From the NCBI RefSeq assembly GCF_001194135.2, contig NC_068984.1, forward strand, positions 136,205,738 to 136,269,737: DNA of 64,000 bases, read 5' to 3'. The notes beneath the pieces are model-generated. The model was not told the DNA's origin. It searched no databases and saw only the letters and a program-made list of their open reading frames with translations. Source of the stretch: Octopus bimaculoides (lineage: Eukaryota). Made by a program: the position numbers and the translations under genes. Positions 12,851-26,255 of the stretch are shown piece after piece. Each line of letters starts with the position of its first letter. Position 1 is the stretch's first letter.

Positions 12851-14289
12851 GCATTCTGCAAACTAGTCATCTGTGACAAGCAGAATTTAGTAGGGTGAGT
12901 TCAAAGTGTTGTTGGAACCGTCTCCTTCAGTCGGGAATAAAACCATGTTGACAGGTTGGCTTATCAGATGTATATAATAACGATATTAAAATTATGACAA
13001 TCTAGGAGTTATAATTGCTTCTCCTATAAAGAAACTATAAAACTTTCTGGAATGTTTGTCGTAGGTTCCTTTCTAACAAAGTGTAATCTTAAAGTAGAGA
13101 AAACTTCGCTAGCGTATCTTATACTACATAATACGAATTCTTTCTTCCATATAAAGATAACGAGAATAACGGTTTCTAACAAAGGCATAAAGACATCAGT
13201 TTTATGTGAAAGATTCGATTACATAAACGACGAAAGATTAAAATCAAAATGGTGTCTGAACTTTAACAACATGGCCACTGTAAGAGATATGTCCCTAAGT
13301 CAGGTGGCACACATCATTCAATGACGTAACGTGGAGCTATTGGCTGTTTCATTCAAGTCATTCACAAATCTTCACCCAGGTAATCAGTCCTCTTACTTGC
13401 ATTCCAGCAACAAAAATCCGTGGATCAGCTCTCTTACTTCAAAACCACTTTACGTTTTCCTATGCCGCTTGATTTACAGACTTAATTTATAGACTATAGA
13501 TTCTGCCACCTGCACTACTAAACGTAGAAGAAAATTATGATATCACGTGGTCTCCACGACTTAGATTAAGTAGTTTTAAGGAAGATTTTATGCTCTCGTC
13601 GCAGGAAATTATTTACATTAGTGTCAGTAGCTCAAACGGAAAAATTGATGGAATAGAAGATATACATTGCCCCAGAGTCATAGAACAATTATATGGAATA
13701 TAGTAATAACACGAATAGTTATATGTTGTTTAGTGTTTTGAAAGAAGATCAGACAAACAGGTCTTTATTTTTCTGATTTTCAAAAATTGCATTGCATTCA
13801 AAATACTAAAACAATTAAAGGGATTACATATAGATCACATTTTCTTTATAAAGTCAGTAAAGAAAATTTAAATTACGTTGGACTGACAACCAATATTAAC
13901 GGATATATTTCCTCATAAACAAAAAATTAGAAATTTCGATAAGGGATTTGTATATTGCAGTATCGGAATGAAAGTTAGGTGATTAAAAGTCTAGTTTAAG
14001 CATAGGTTATCAGATAAATAATTCTCGGGCAAGATTTCGTATCAATCGATAGATAATTTCGCGGATATCATGTCTAAAATATAGTAGCTCATTATAATTA
14101 TCCATCACTTATACGGAATCGCGTCGTTAGGAGCCAGAGATATCCTCACCTAGATTAGTTTTGCTAATGTTATGGAGAAATAACAGTTGATTGCTTGATG
14201 CAATCAGTATATTCGAAGACAGAATGCTTTCGATAAGTGGTTGTTTTCGCTTACATACGTAAATACTTACATATACACATACACACTCA

Positions 14290-14368
<79 letters not shown>

Positions 14369-14667
14369 GCACACATATATATACACATATATAAATATAT
14401 CCACACACACATACATATAAATACATATATATATAAATATATATACATAAATACATATATATATATAAATATATATNNNNNNNNNNNNNNNNNNNNNNNN
14501 NNNNNNNNNNNNNNNNNNNNNNNNNNNNNNNNNNNNNNNNNNNNNNNNNNNNNNNNNNNNNNNNNNNNNNNNNNNNNNNNNNNNNNNNNNNNNNNNNNNN
14601 NNNNNNNNNNNATATATATATATATATATATATATACACATGCATATATATAATATAAAAAAATAAA

Positions 14668-14740
14668 TGCGCCCTTTTAAAGCCTAGCCAGGCTTATGGG
14701 CCCGGTTTTCTGGTTTCACTGGCGAATGTGTTCCCCAGCA
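14668..14740 (-). mobile_element. 3' fragment of another SINE
   Basis: atgcgcccttttaaagcctagccaggcttatgggcccggttt... resembles a common cephalopod SINE end (from recall). Confidence 0.45.
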
Positions 14741-15454
14741 GAAGTGAGCTACAACGTTCAAACTTAGTACACATGCACAGCAGAGTTCAAGGTCAATCTA
14801 TGCCAAGCAGCTTCACTCAGCGCGCCTTGGCTTTGTTACTATGACAACGGTCCAGATACTTATTGATCAGACCACGTATGAGACATGTACGACCACCAGC
14901 CTATGACAGAAAAAACTGGCTCTGACATGAACAGTTTTATTTCGTCCATTTTGGAGAGATATTTCGCATCAGGAACGGTGATTTCAAACGCCATAGTTGA
15001 CTGTGTAATTGAGTAATAATACATCCTAATAATTGATACATAAAGGACAACGAAATTATGTATCACCTTCATGGAGTAGGAAGTGATATCATTAGTTTAT
15101 ACTAGCAATCTGTTTATCTAACACAAATTTCGGAAAAGAGGATGAAGCTATTATAGAGTTTTCGTCAACGATGGCCAAGCTTATCGCTTATACTTCATTC
15201 AAGTCCTATGAATATAACTGTTCTTTATTTCCTCTCTACAATTTATCATATTCAGGTTATTAACTATTTACATATTTACATATAACATGTTATTAGGATA
15301 TATATGCACACACGTTTATTATCATATTTTAACATTATGTTTATGTCTGAGAATTTATGCTTTAACTTCAGTTCACCAAACCTAATACTAATTTATTAAT
15401 TATGCTTGTAAATATAAAATTGATACAATAAATGTTATATGTATGTAGATATAC

Positions 15455-15571
15455 ATTCTTTTATTCTTTTACTTGCTTCAGTCATTTTGATTGCGGCCAT
15501 GCTGGAGCACCGCCTTTAGTCGAACAAATCGAACCTTGTAAGCCTAGTACTTATTTATCTTTCTCTTTTGC
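15455..15571 (-). mobile_element. SINE family A, 3' end
   Basis: Reverse complement of the 61.92-62.05 kb tail. Confidence 0.85.
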
Positions 15572-15761
15572 ATATAAACCTCGGCAACATTTGAGCTCAC
15601 AGCGTAAAGTCGGAATAAATACCGGTAAGCAGCGTGTCATGTGTTAACGATTCTGTTAGATCTCCGCTTGAATAAGAGACTATGTATCATTTAATAGACA
15701 CAGCATTTAAGGATCACAGAACATATCTTCGGGCGCTACTAAGAGTTTCATGTGTCTGTGT

Positions 15762-15794
<33 letters not shown>

Positions 15795-15804
15795 TATCTA
15801 TATG

Positions 15805-15960
15805 TGTGTTTCTTTGTCTCTGTGTTTGTCCCCGAATCACCGTAATCTAGAATGAGTACTAGGCTTCAGAAAATAAGTCCTGGGGTCCATTCGTTCGACT
15901 AGCACCCTTCAAGGCGGTGCGCGAGCATAGCCACGATCAAAAGACTGAAACAAAAGAATA
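15805..15960 (+). mobile_element. SINE family A, 3' part
   Basis: gtactaggcttcagaaaataagtcctggggtc ... gactgaaacaaaaga. Confidence 0.8.
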
Positions 15961-16095
15961 CACATACACACACACATACACACACGCGCACACATATATG
16001 TGTGTGTGTGTGTTTGTGTGTATGTTGATGGTGAACAAGCCGAAAGTTCATATATAAATATATACACATATATGTATATATATATATATGTATGT

Positions 16096-16277
16096 AATTT
16101 ATATAAGGGCATTACTATACAATAATGCCTCACGCTTAGAGGGACTTCATAAGTCAAAACTACCAAAATAAGCACATATTTACCGATCGGTAAAAATGTG
16201 CTTATTTTGGTAATTTTGACTTATGAAGTCCCTCTAAGCGTGAGGCATTATTGTATAGTAATACCCTTATATAAATT
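16096..16277. repeat. 182-bp spacerless palindrome
   Basis: 91-bp arms, no indels, 3 mismatches, centre ttaccga|tcggtaa at 16186/16187. Confidence 0.97.
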
Positions 16278-16384
16278 AAATTATATATATTTATGGAAAA
16301 AAATGATGGTTTTTTTTTTCCTTATGAGGCTTTTTCACGCTGACTACTTGATAAATTCTTATAAAGATTTTATCCTTATATTAT

Positions 16385-16422
<38 letters not shown>

Positions 16423-16949
16423 TGTATGTATGTATGTATGTATGTATGTATGTATGAATGAATGCATGTAACCATATGTTTATAAATATATATAAAGGAA
16501 CTGTATGTGTGAACATGCATGTCTATGTGTTCTTTTCTTGACTGCTAGTGAAAGGTAAATCGGTAGATAGATAAATAAGGAAACAAATATATCTATATGT
16601 GAGTGTGTATGTGTGTGTGTACGCATCTGTGTATGATGTACGCATGCTCTTACTTCATTGCACATATTATCTGTCACAGTTTCATGAAAATTTACCGTTG
16701 TATCTGTTTATTGTTGTACTTTTCCGTTGTTCTCCCACCACCTCAACTCTCAGACAAGTACCTATATTTGGCTGCTAAATTCACCAAATTTAACGGAGCC
16801 AAAATAATAAATGAATCTTCTTTTGACTTGCGGAGTTCTTGAAAATTGGGTGTTGACCTTTAGATGCTTTCGCAGACATTTTCTATCTTCCTTCTCATTT
16901 CATGTTATAACATTAGCCAGAGACTGCATTTGAAAGCCTGAGTACGGTA

Positions 16950-17500
16950 TTCATTTCAAGCAATGCTATATTTTTCTTTCTAGGCGTGATAGAATAGAAC
17001 AGATAAAGAAACAGGATATAGGTGTTTGAATGAAACCAGTGAAGCATTTATAACTTATGCCTAGGAGTTAACGGGAAAAAAATTCTTTAGCAATGTTTAC
17101 AAACTTTTGTATAGTATAGTAGTTATAGATTTTAATACATAAAAAATACAATACTATGGAATGGAATATTCTGAAAATCCTTTGAATATGGCTTTCCTAA
17201 GCACAATCTACCTGTTGCTCTCAGAACATATTTTCGTACAACTGGATTAACGTTTCCATAGCAATCACATCCTTACGATAAATTAAAGTCGAGTAATTTA
17301 CTAACAATAGCAAATAGATAGTATTCTTTTGTCAGCAAAGAAATCGAATCTAAAATTAAATTCTATGAAACCACGGAAGTTTGTTTACAAAAGATATTGT
17401 GTCCATTTCAATAATTTTTTTGATTTTGGTAATATTTTGTATTGCGTTTCGTTATTTTTTTCTATGCACTATTTAATAGACGCTTACTTAAAATTATGAA
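16950..17500 (-). mobile_element. Decayed Penelope-like RT C-terminal fragment
   Basis: DKR, FAIV and CYG...VRKY motifs across frameshifts resemble the PLE DKR..F.IV..P...AYG..SQL.RY region. Confidence 0.35.
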
Positions 17501-17956
17501 AGACGATACATCACATAAGTTCTAAGGCATCTAAGTAGACACTAATGTCACAACAAAGACACACATTGATTACGTAGTACAGTATTCTTTGTAATATGAA
17601 GTGTTCTGATATATCGTTCCTGAAGTACCAAATGAATGTCGTGTTCAATACTGTTACATTCATATTATATTAAGATTTTTCGACTTGACATTAATATCTA
17701 CTAACAGACGTGTTTCGATACCAAAGCTATTCCGTTATCTATTTATCTTCAATACAAACTTTAATAGATTTCATTAGATTTTCTATATACTTATATACGT
17801 ATACACATATACATATGTGTGTGTGTATGCATATGAGTATGTGTATGTATATATATATATATATGTATGAAATATGTAAAATATCTGCATCATAGTCTCA
17901 GGAGGATTCAAGTCTGTGAGCGAAATTAGGTACGCGGAAAGAGCTTAATAGCTCAC

Positions 17957-18009
17957 CGGATGCAAGACACAAATCCAGCGTTGTTCCCGTGTATCGTTTC
18001 ATGAAGATT
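17957..18009 (-). CDS. Candidate internal exon ([17 protein letters not shown], phase 2 to 1), product unknown
   Basis: Acceptor tatcttaacgtag, donor ccg|gtgagc, open frame; phase compatible with 35174-35270. Confidence 0.25.
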
Positions 18010-18066
18010 CTACGTTAAGATATATATATGCATCTACACACACACACACATACATGTATATATATG

Positions 18067-18144
<78 letters not shown>

Positions 18145-18299
18145 AAACGAGGAGTTGCTGGTAAGCAGTTACTGGTTATAAGGGGATCATGAGCGTGACC
18201 GTAGCCCATTCAATGAAGGAGTTGCTCTTAGCTAAATCACGTCGTCGTATCTTTGGATTATCTGCTATTTCTTACAGGCATTCTTTAAGGTAACGTTTC

Positions 18300-19150
18300 C
18301 AAGTTATGTGTCATGTTTTCTATTAATTCTGAACAGTGTTAAATAAGGCAGGGTTGTTTGAGATAAAATAATTATGTTGCAGTGTCGTCGATCTGCGTAA
18401 AGTGCTTCTACCTTTGGTTAATCTTCAGCCTGCTGCGAAGAATTTGAAATCAATCCGGATGGTATATTTTGCACATGTTACCAATAAGATAACAACCAGT
18501 ATGGCGTTGGGGAGAGTAATGTCTGTGTATTTTGAGGCAATTTCACTAATCAAAAATTGCCATATCATTTTCTTTGTAAGTTTAGAATTTTTAATTTCTT
18601 TTTTTCCATGTTCCATTGTTATTACGTATGGCCTCCCCATAACAGATAATATGAGAATTGATTAAATTCAGGGGTTCGGGAGGGATTCAAGCAAGCTAGA
18701 TTGAAAGGCGTTCATTGTTTGAATCCCATCAAACAATTCTAACTTGGTCCTCTCGAACGCCACAATGATTATTAGCTTCTTTGTAGAATGTGCATATGCG
18801 ATTAGGATTGCCCAGGTATCTGAGACAGTACGAGTGTTATTTGAAAATGAATTGACTACCATTTATAGTAGATCGATCGACAATGATGCATCTTCCTCAT
18901 TGAAATTGTTTTTGCGATTTATTACAGACAACAATAGACTAAAGAATAAGTACCGTTAATTCATTCTTCGTTTAGATGTTCACTGATTTCCATTTACCTT
19001 GCCTTTCGGGGGAATATCATTTCAGCACTGGACGCATAAAGCATTTCATGTTGCCAAATTTTCCAGTGTTCATTCCAACCATTTTATCTACGAACAAACT
19101 GAATTAACATGGCTACTGACTAAATGCCACAGAATTTATATAAAAGGAAC
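18300..19150 (-). mobile_element. Decayed Penelope-like RT thumb/linker fragment
   Basis: Multi-stop frame containing SHIICYGEAIRNNN (resembles PYGEALR..RNNS) followed by KIYHPD...LK...KHF (resembles TYHP...KHW). Confidence 0.4.
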
Positions 19151-19324
19151 TACTCGTTTCATGCATCTAGCTCTCGTCTAATTTGCCCTAGAGTCTATAA
19201 ATCATATTCTCAATAATACTGTCGAATTGGTAATTCTGAGCTTGAAAGCTTGAAAGGAATAGAAACTGCAAGATTAATATATTTATTTGTGTGTGTGTGT
19301 GTGGTGGGGGGTGAGTGCATGCGT

Positions 19325-19610
19325 GAGGGCGCATGGCTTAGTGGTTAGGGTGTTGCGATCGTGAGTTCAATTCCCAGACTGGTGTGATGCGTTGCGTTCT
19401 TGACTGAAACAGTTTATCCCGCGTCGCTCTACGATCCCTTCGACACCTGACAACTGGCACACCGTGCACGTATTCAGACAAAGTCGAATTAATGAGGAGG
19501 GTAAGCTAATGTGCGGCGCGAATATTTCATCACGATTAAACAAATCATTTGTGCAGGTCGTTCGGCAGAAGCTGAACGTTTATACGTCTTCTTCGACGGG
19601 AGAACCAATC
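19325..19610 (+). mobile_element. tRNA-derived SINE family C (CORE-like domain)
   Basis: A box tggcttagtggtt, B box gagttcaattccc, followed by gcgttgcgttcttgactgaaacagtttat. Confidence 0.75.
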
Positions 19611-19899
19611 ATATCTAAGAAATAAACGCAGTTTTCATCAGGTTGCTCAAACGAATAGCTATGCGCTCTGAGCGTTCAGATATGTATGTCACTAAACATT
19701 CCGGTGTGGATAGCAGTTAAATTTGTGGTTTTGTGACTGCTTTATACAAAGCGGCTAGAAGTGCCTTCCCTCTTGAGCGAGTAGTTTAAAGCTATTTGTA
19801 TTACTACACCTGATGTCGTTAATATTTATTTATGCATATATGTGTACATTTATGTGTGCCTATATACATACCTACCTACCTAGATACATACACTTACGT

Positions 19900-19939
<40 letters not shown>

Positions 19940-19994
19940 TGATAGAAAGGACAACAACAGAAAGAAAGAGACCTCGATATTATGTGAATAGAGG

Positions 19995-20099
19995 AATTTC
20001 TCTGTAAAAATATATACATACATGTATAAATATATAGTTGTAATTTTCTCTGTAAAAATATATACATACATGTATAAATATATAGTTGTAATTTTCTCT
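19995..20099. repeat. 48-bp tandem duplication (2.2 copies)
   Basis: aattt(t)ctctgtaaaaatatatacatacatgtataaatatatagttgt twice, plus a partial third copy. Confidence 0.95.
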
Positions 20100-20455
20100 T
20101 GACACACATAGACAGCGTAGAAGTACTCAAGTCGAACCTGAGGCGTTAGATAAGTATAAATGGATACAATAGTGAAAGTTCAACTCAGCCAAACTACGGT
20201 GAACACATATCTATACGGGTTTAATTAAGATAAAAATATGAATTGTCCAAGCTGAAACATATTGATATATTAGAGATAATATAAACATAATAATATAAAT
20301 ATAATAATACGGATATATAATGGATATATAAACATAATAACTGTAAGCCGCCAAAATTAGTGGGGTCCTTATACTCGAGGGTTCCTTATACACGTTAAAA
20401 TACGGTATGTATTAAATTCGATTAGAGCAATTACACACACACGCACGCACACACG

Positions 20456-20503
<48 letters not shown>

Positions 20504-21059
20504 GATATATACTTATATATACAATTATATATATATATAGCATAAATGTTTGAAGATAGCTGTCAAATACAATAAAAAGCTGAAAATGAAAAATGAAAAA
20601 TAAATGAAATTGTATATCGGAAGGGTTCTTAGGATAATGGTATGTGAACAATGGGTTGTCTGGGATTCTTGTGAATAATAGCAAGGAGAAAACGTAAAAA
20701 TCTCATTGATGCAGGTGAGTTCGAAACGAGGATGAAGGAGTAGAAAGAGACATCAGTAAAATATCAGAGTGATATAGATTACAAGCAAAAATATCAACCA
20801 GGAAATTGGTCCAGAAGCATTGTTTGAGATATAATATTTAGCAAGTATTAGAAACTTCCCGAATCTGTGGTTTGAGAGTGTCTATAGAATTCCAGGAATC
20901 AACGTCTTTGTATACGGTGAACATTGCCATATACAATTACAAGTATACTGTTATAGAAATTTAGACATACGCAGAGAAGCATGTATTCATTGACTCGTCC
21001 ATTACCTGCGTGTGCCTTGCATATATATGCTTGTAACTCTGAAAGCGCATAGGCAAGTG

Positions 21060-21270
<211 letters not shown>

Positions 21271-22439
21271 TTGCATGAATATGTATAACTATAAGCAATT
21301 TATATATATGGAGATATATATACATAACACACGCACGCACACACACACACACACACATATATATATACTTACGCGCATATATACGTTTGTACTACTTTCA
21401 TTTCATATCCTCAATTAGTTGTATTCCTCGAACACAGATATCTTATATTCTTATATTACATCCATGAGTATTTTGTTAACCGCAAAGTATAAACACATGC
21501 ACATCTCTCTCATTCTCTCACAGTATCTCCATTCCTCTCCTCCTCCCCTCTCTCTCTCTCTATATATATATACGTATATATATATACATACATATATATA
21601 TATNNNNNNNNNNNNNNNNNNNNNNNNNNNNNNNNNNNNNNNNNNNNNNNNNNNNNNNNNNNNNNNNNNNNNNNNNNNNNNNNNNNNNNNNNNNNNNNNN
21701 NNNNNNNNNNNNNNNNNNNNNNNNNNNNNNNNNNNNNNNNNNNNNNNNNNNNNNNNNNNNNNNNNNNNNNNNNNNNNNNNNNNNNNNNNNNNNNNNNNNN
21801 NNNNNNNNNNNNNNNNNNNNNNNNNNNNNNNNNNNNNNNNNNNNNNNNNNNNNNNNNNNNNNNNNNNNNNNNNNNNNNNNNNNNNNNNNNNNNNNNNNNN
21901 NNNNNNNNNNNNNNNNNNNNNNNNNNNNNNNNNNNNNNNNNNNNNNNNNNNNNNNNNNNNNNNNNNNNNNNNNNNNNNNNNNNNNNNNNNNNNNNNNNNN
22001 NNNNNNNNNNNNNNNNNNNNNNNNNNNNNNNNNNNNNNNNNNNACATATATATATATATACGTATATCTATGTATATATATTCATATGAAAATGCGTTTA
22101 AATGAAAATGTGAAACTCTTTATAGATTTTTATGTATGTCACCGAAACAATAGAAACTCCATCTGATCGGCACGTTTATTTACTTAACAGGTAATGTTTA
22201 TATTTGATGTATTTTTCAATTTTCATTGTGCTTACGGCACTTTATCACTCCGCTGTGAGTTATAAAATAGAATATTTTATTGTTATGAGTAATCTTCACA
22301 CACTAAAAAAATTTCCTACATACAATCAGCATTTACTTTTGTTGTTCTTGTTATCAGTATTGTATTTGGTTATATCTTTGCTTGAAGGTGTTTCGATTAC
22401 TATTAATGCAAGTTCTACTTTCTTCTTCATATTCTTAAT

Positions 22440-22482
22440 CTTCTACTTGTTCTTCATCATCATAATCTTCTTCTTCTTCTTC

Positions 22483-22552
<70 letters not shown>

Positions 22553-22560
22553 CATCATCA

Positions 22561-22642
<82 letters not shown>

Positions 22643-22740
22643 CATTATTATTATCCTCATTATCATCAACATCATCATCATTATTGTGGCTGCTGTTGTT
22701 TTTCTTGTTATTTTCCTGCTCACCATCATCATCGTTATTC
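22440..22740. repeat. Compound trinucleotide array (CTT)(ATT)(ATC)
   Basis: Direct; source of the poly-L/I ORFs. Confidence 0.95.
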
Positions 22741-22754
22741 TAATTATGATGGCA

Positions 22755-22960
22755 GCGATATGGCTGAATAGTTGCGGCGTTGGAACTGATGCTTAGCGGC
22801 ATTTCTTCTAATATTATGTTCTAAGTTCATATTCCGCCGAGGTCGACTTTGCCGTTATTCATTTTGGGGTCGAGAAATCAAGTACCATTTGAGCACGAGG
22901 GTCGACGTGATTAACTTTGTACCTACCCCCAAAAATCTGGCAATGTGCCAAAATTTGAAA
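22755..22960 (+). mobile_element. SINE family B
   Basis: cgccgaggtcgactttgccgttattcattttggggtcgagaaatcaagtacc ... gccaaaatttgaaacc. Confidence 0.85.
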
Positions 22961-22966
22961 CCATCT

Positions 22967-23782
22967 TATTATTATTATTATTATTGTTGTTGTTGTTGTT
23001 GTTGTTCTTGTTGTTGTTGTTGTTATCATTATTATTATATGTTTGACTTTTGCTTTGTATATGTACAAGTTGACTCTAAGTCTCACCCAGAGACCTCGAG
23101 AGACAACAAGTTAGAAGTTCATGTTGGTGTTATGCCTAGGGTGTCATATATTTCGTTTTGCACATAGTATTGTTTTAAAATTGAGATTACATAGACAGTA
23201 TTTCACGTAAGATATGAGCAGTTCCCATGAGCACTGTCATTTGAATTTCTGCAATTTTAGGGCTTCCTATTATCTGAGCTAGGTAGGAATCAGCTCCTTT
23301 TGCTAACATTCCTACGACACCTATAACAACAGGTATTGTTTTATTCTTCAGGTTCCACACTTTGCTAATTTCTATTTCAAGATCTTTATACTTGCTCAGC
23401 TTTTGGTAGGTTTTGACAGATACATTTATGTCGATTTGGACAATCATATCAATGAGGCGGCAGGATTTTTATATGAAGTCTTTGAATATAATGTCGGGCC
23501 TATTCGCATCTATCTTTCTGCCAGTTTGAATGGTGAAGTTCCAAAGGAGTGAGATCTGATCATCTTTAAGCACGGGAGATGTTTAGTGTTCCCGCCAGTT
23601 TTTATCATGGGGCAGGTCCAGGTTTTTGCAAATTACCCAGTGAATATATTGTGCTGCTTTATTATGCATGTTGAGACACTCTGTAAGTGCAAGAAGACTG
23701 CATATGGGGACAACATGATCAACGGCTTCATTTTATTGTTGACATACACGACATGTTGGGCTACTGCCGTTCTTTAATAACT
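22967..23782 (-). mobile_element. 5'-truncated R4/Dong-clade non-LTR retrotransposon (CCHC knuckle, restriction-like endonuclease, 3' UTR, (TAA/CAA)n tail)
   Basis: One frame with few stops: PTCRVCQQ*NEAVDHVVPIC...HWVICK...DANRPDIIFKD...LIDMIVQID...KLSKYKDLEIEI...TAHILREILSM* (stop at 23187-23189). Confidence 0.88.
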
Positions 23783-23789
23783 TGAGCTG

Positions 23790-23824
23790 GTATTATTATT
23801 ATTATTATTATAATTATTATTATT

Positions 23825-23893
<69 letters not shown>
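23790..23893. repeat. (ATT)n(CAT)n microsatellite
   Basis: Direct. Confidence 0.95.
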
Positions 23894-25338
23894 GGCATAA
23901 TTATTTGTCTACCAAATTGAACGTATGTCTTTGTTCTTGATACTTCTGATACTTCCACATCCTACCGGTTTCTGCACTGCAGGTTATATGAATATCAGCA
24001 CACGTGATTATCATAGAACCCCACTGATGAAAGCATCACATAAGCACAGACCTCCCTCTATGGGCATCTGCCAAAAACAGAAGCACAATGTATCCGGAGA
24101 TAACATAGATTATATATATATTCTCCTTTAATTTTCCACTGGCAAATTATCAAACTGCTGTAGTTTTTTTCTTTCTATAATGGTACGCTTCTGTTAACTG
24201 TAGTTATCTTAAACACGTTTCACTAGTCGTGTGATGTCTGGCGAGATGTTGTTGTTGTGGAAATCGTGGTATAGGTTGTTGTTGTTGTTGTTGATATTGT
24301 GGTTGTTGTCGTTACAGTCATCGTCATNNNNNNNNNNNNNNNNNNNNNNNNNNNNNNNNNNNNNNNNNNNNNNNNNNNNNNNNNNNNNNNNNNNNNNNNN
24401 NNNNNNNNNNNNNNNNNNNNNNNNNNNNNNNNNNNNNNNNNNNNNNNNNNNNNNNNNNNNNNNNNNNNNNNNNNNNNNNNNNNNNNNNNNNNNNNNNNNN
24501 NNNNNNNNNNNNNNNNNNNNNNNNNNNNNNNNNNNNNNNNNNNNNNNNNNNNNNNNNNNNNNNNNNNNNNNNNNNNNNNNGTTGTTGTTGTTGTTGTTGA
24601 TATTGTGGTTGTTGTCGTTACAGTCATCGTCATCGTTGTCGTCGCATTTGTTTTCGCGGATCATGCTGTTAATATCCGTGCTATCCATTGTCATTTGATA
24701 TTCTGATATTCAACTGTTGCTCTTCATCAAGTTGTGTATCGACACCATTTTTGTCGTTTTGGTCTTATTTGGTCTTAATTTTTGTTTTTTGGTGTTATTG
24801 TTTCTACTTCTTTCTACTTGTTCCTAATTTTGTTGTATTTGCGAAACTACACTCATATTCATATTTGTGTTGTTGTTGTTAGCTTCCAGATTTTTTCGTG
24901 TTGTATTTAATACTACTTTGGCTCTAATCATGTTCATCTTCTAACTGTTGTTGCTTTGTTTCATTAATGTCCTGTTTGAAACTGATCTTTCTTTGTTTTT
25001 TTTTGTTTTTTTTGTTTGTTTTTTTTGTTTTTTTTGTTGCTATCATTCATTTTTGCGCTTAATTTTTTTCTGACATGTGTACTACACTTTTCATATTAGC
25101 TCTAATCATAGCAGTTCTGTTTTTGTTTTTGGACCGCTTTTCACTTTTTTGTCATTGTTGCTATTGCTTCTGATGAGGAGGCTGAAGATAATGATAATAT
25201 AAAGGATGAAGAGGAGAAGTAGGAAAGTAGATGGGTACGACCCGTAGTCATGGCAAACCTATTACTTTTCCTTATTTTTCGGTTATTGACATTACTCCAG
25301 CTAATGACGATTATTACCATTCTTCTGATGGCTATGGG

Positions 25339-25518
25339 CAGTGCCGGATTGAGGACAAATGAGGTCCTGTCTCTGCTAGTTAAGTTATGATGCTCCTTAC
25401 GTGGGCAGGCCCCCATTATGAGGCCCTTTATTTGGACAGGGCCACGTTGATCTGGACCTGTTGATCAACAGGACTCTGTGCTTAAGCACACCTAAGCACA
25501 ATGGTAAATCCGGGATTG
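25339..25518. mobile_element. hAT-type MITE, 180 bp
   Basis: TIRs cagtgccggatt / aatccgggattg; 8-bp TSD gctatggg (25331-25338) / gctatagg (25519-25526). Confidence 0.75.
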
Positions 25519-25980
25519 GCTATAGGTGTTATAGTTATTATCACTGAGCTTGGCGAATTGTTTTTCATGATACCTTTGCAAGAATCTTTCCGAATAATTT
25601 TTGCTACATTCCTTTATTTATCCCATCGTAGATGAATATCTGTCAAGGAATAAACCACTATTCTACTCTTTATACGAAGTAAGTTGAGGAATTAGCTATT
25701 CAAGCAATATTTTTCTAGAACGTTATGTCAAAATCAATTCATAAATTATGAGAGTATTACTAATTATGTAAACAAAATATGAATGTTGTTCTCAACTCGT
25801 TAACTATCGATCACCTCGGCCAAGGTTCTCACTGTTTTGCCGATGGATCTCCCAATCATTGTTCAGATTTATTCTAACATATGCATAATTCATTATTAAA
25901 AATGTCTGCTAACAGAAATAAGTTGTTCCAAACACTGATGTCATATGAGAGGCAAATGCAGATATTTACACAAAAGGTAA

Positions 25981-26054
25981 AGGGTGGCAGCTGGCCGGAG
26001 AAACTGACCTCGCAGGCCGTGTCCGGCCCGCGTACCGTAGTTTGGTGACACCTG
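25981..26054. mobile_element. hAT (Charlie-like) terminal fragment
   Basis: Ends with ggccgtgtccggcccgcgtaccgtagtttggtgacacctg, which resembles typical hAT MITE ends; no TSD found. Confidence 0.45.
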
Positions 26055-26132
26055 ACCTAGATGATTACGCCAGAAGAAAACGAAAGAACGTTGCACAATT
26101 GTCTTCGTAACTCTTGGTGAAATTTTTACTAA

Positions 26133-26191
26133 CCATGTGTGGTAAGTAGCTTGCTTACGAACCACATGACGGAAGCTGAAAGAAGCCCGTC

Positions 26192-26255
<64 letters not shown>

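Noticed and set aside
18402-18959. Hydrophobic plus-strand ORFs suggesting a GPCR or chemotactile/Cys-loop receptor pseudogene
   Set aside because: No family motifs; better explained as the antisense of a decayed Penelope-like element.
20215-20408. pogo/Tc2-like MITE (right end ttatacacgttaaaatacggta)
   Set aside because: Only one credible terminus; the matching left TIR was not found.
21008-21040. 33-bp minus-strand segment with cag|gtaatg donor and tttcag acceptor; also microexon-like sites near 48437, 39600 and 14152
   Set aside because: Too short to evaluate, and all frames are open by chance.
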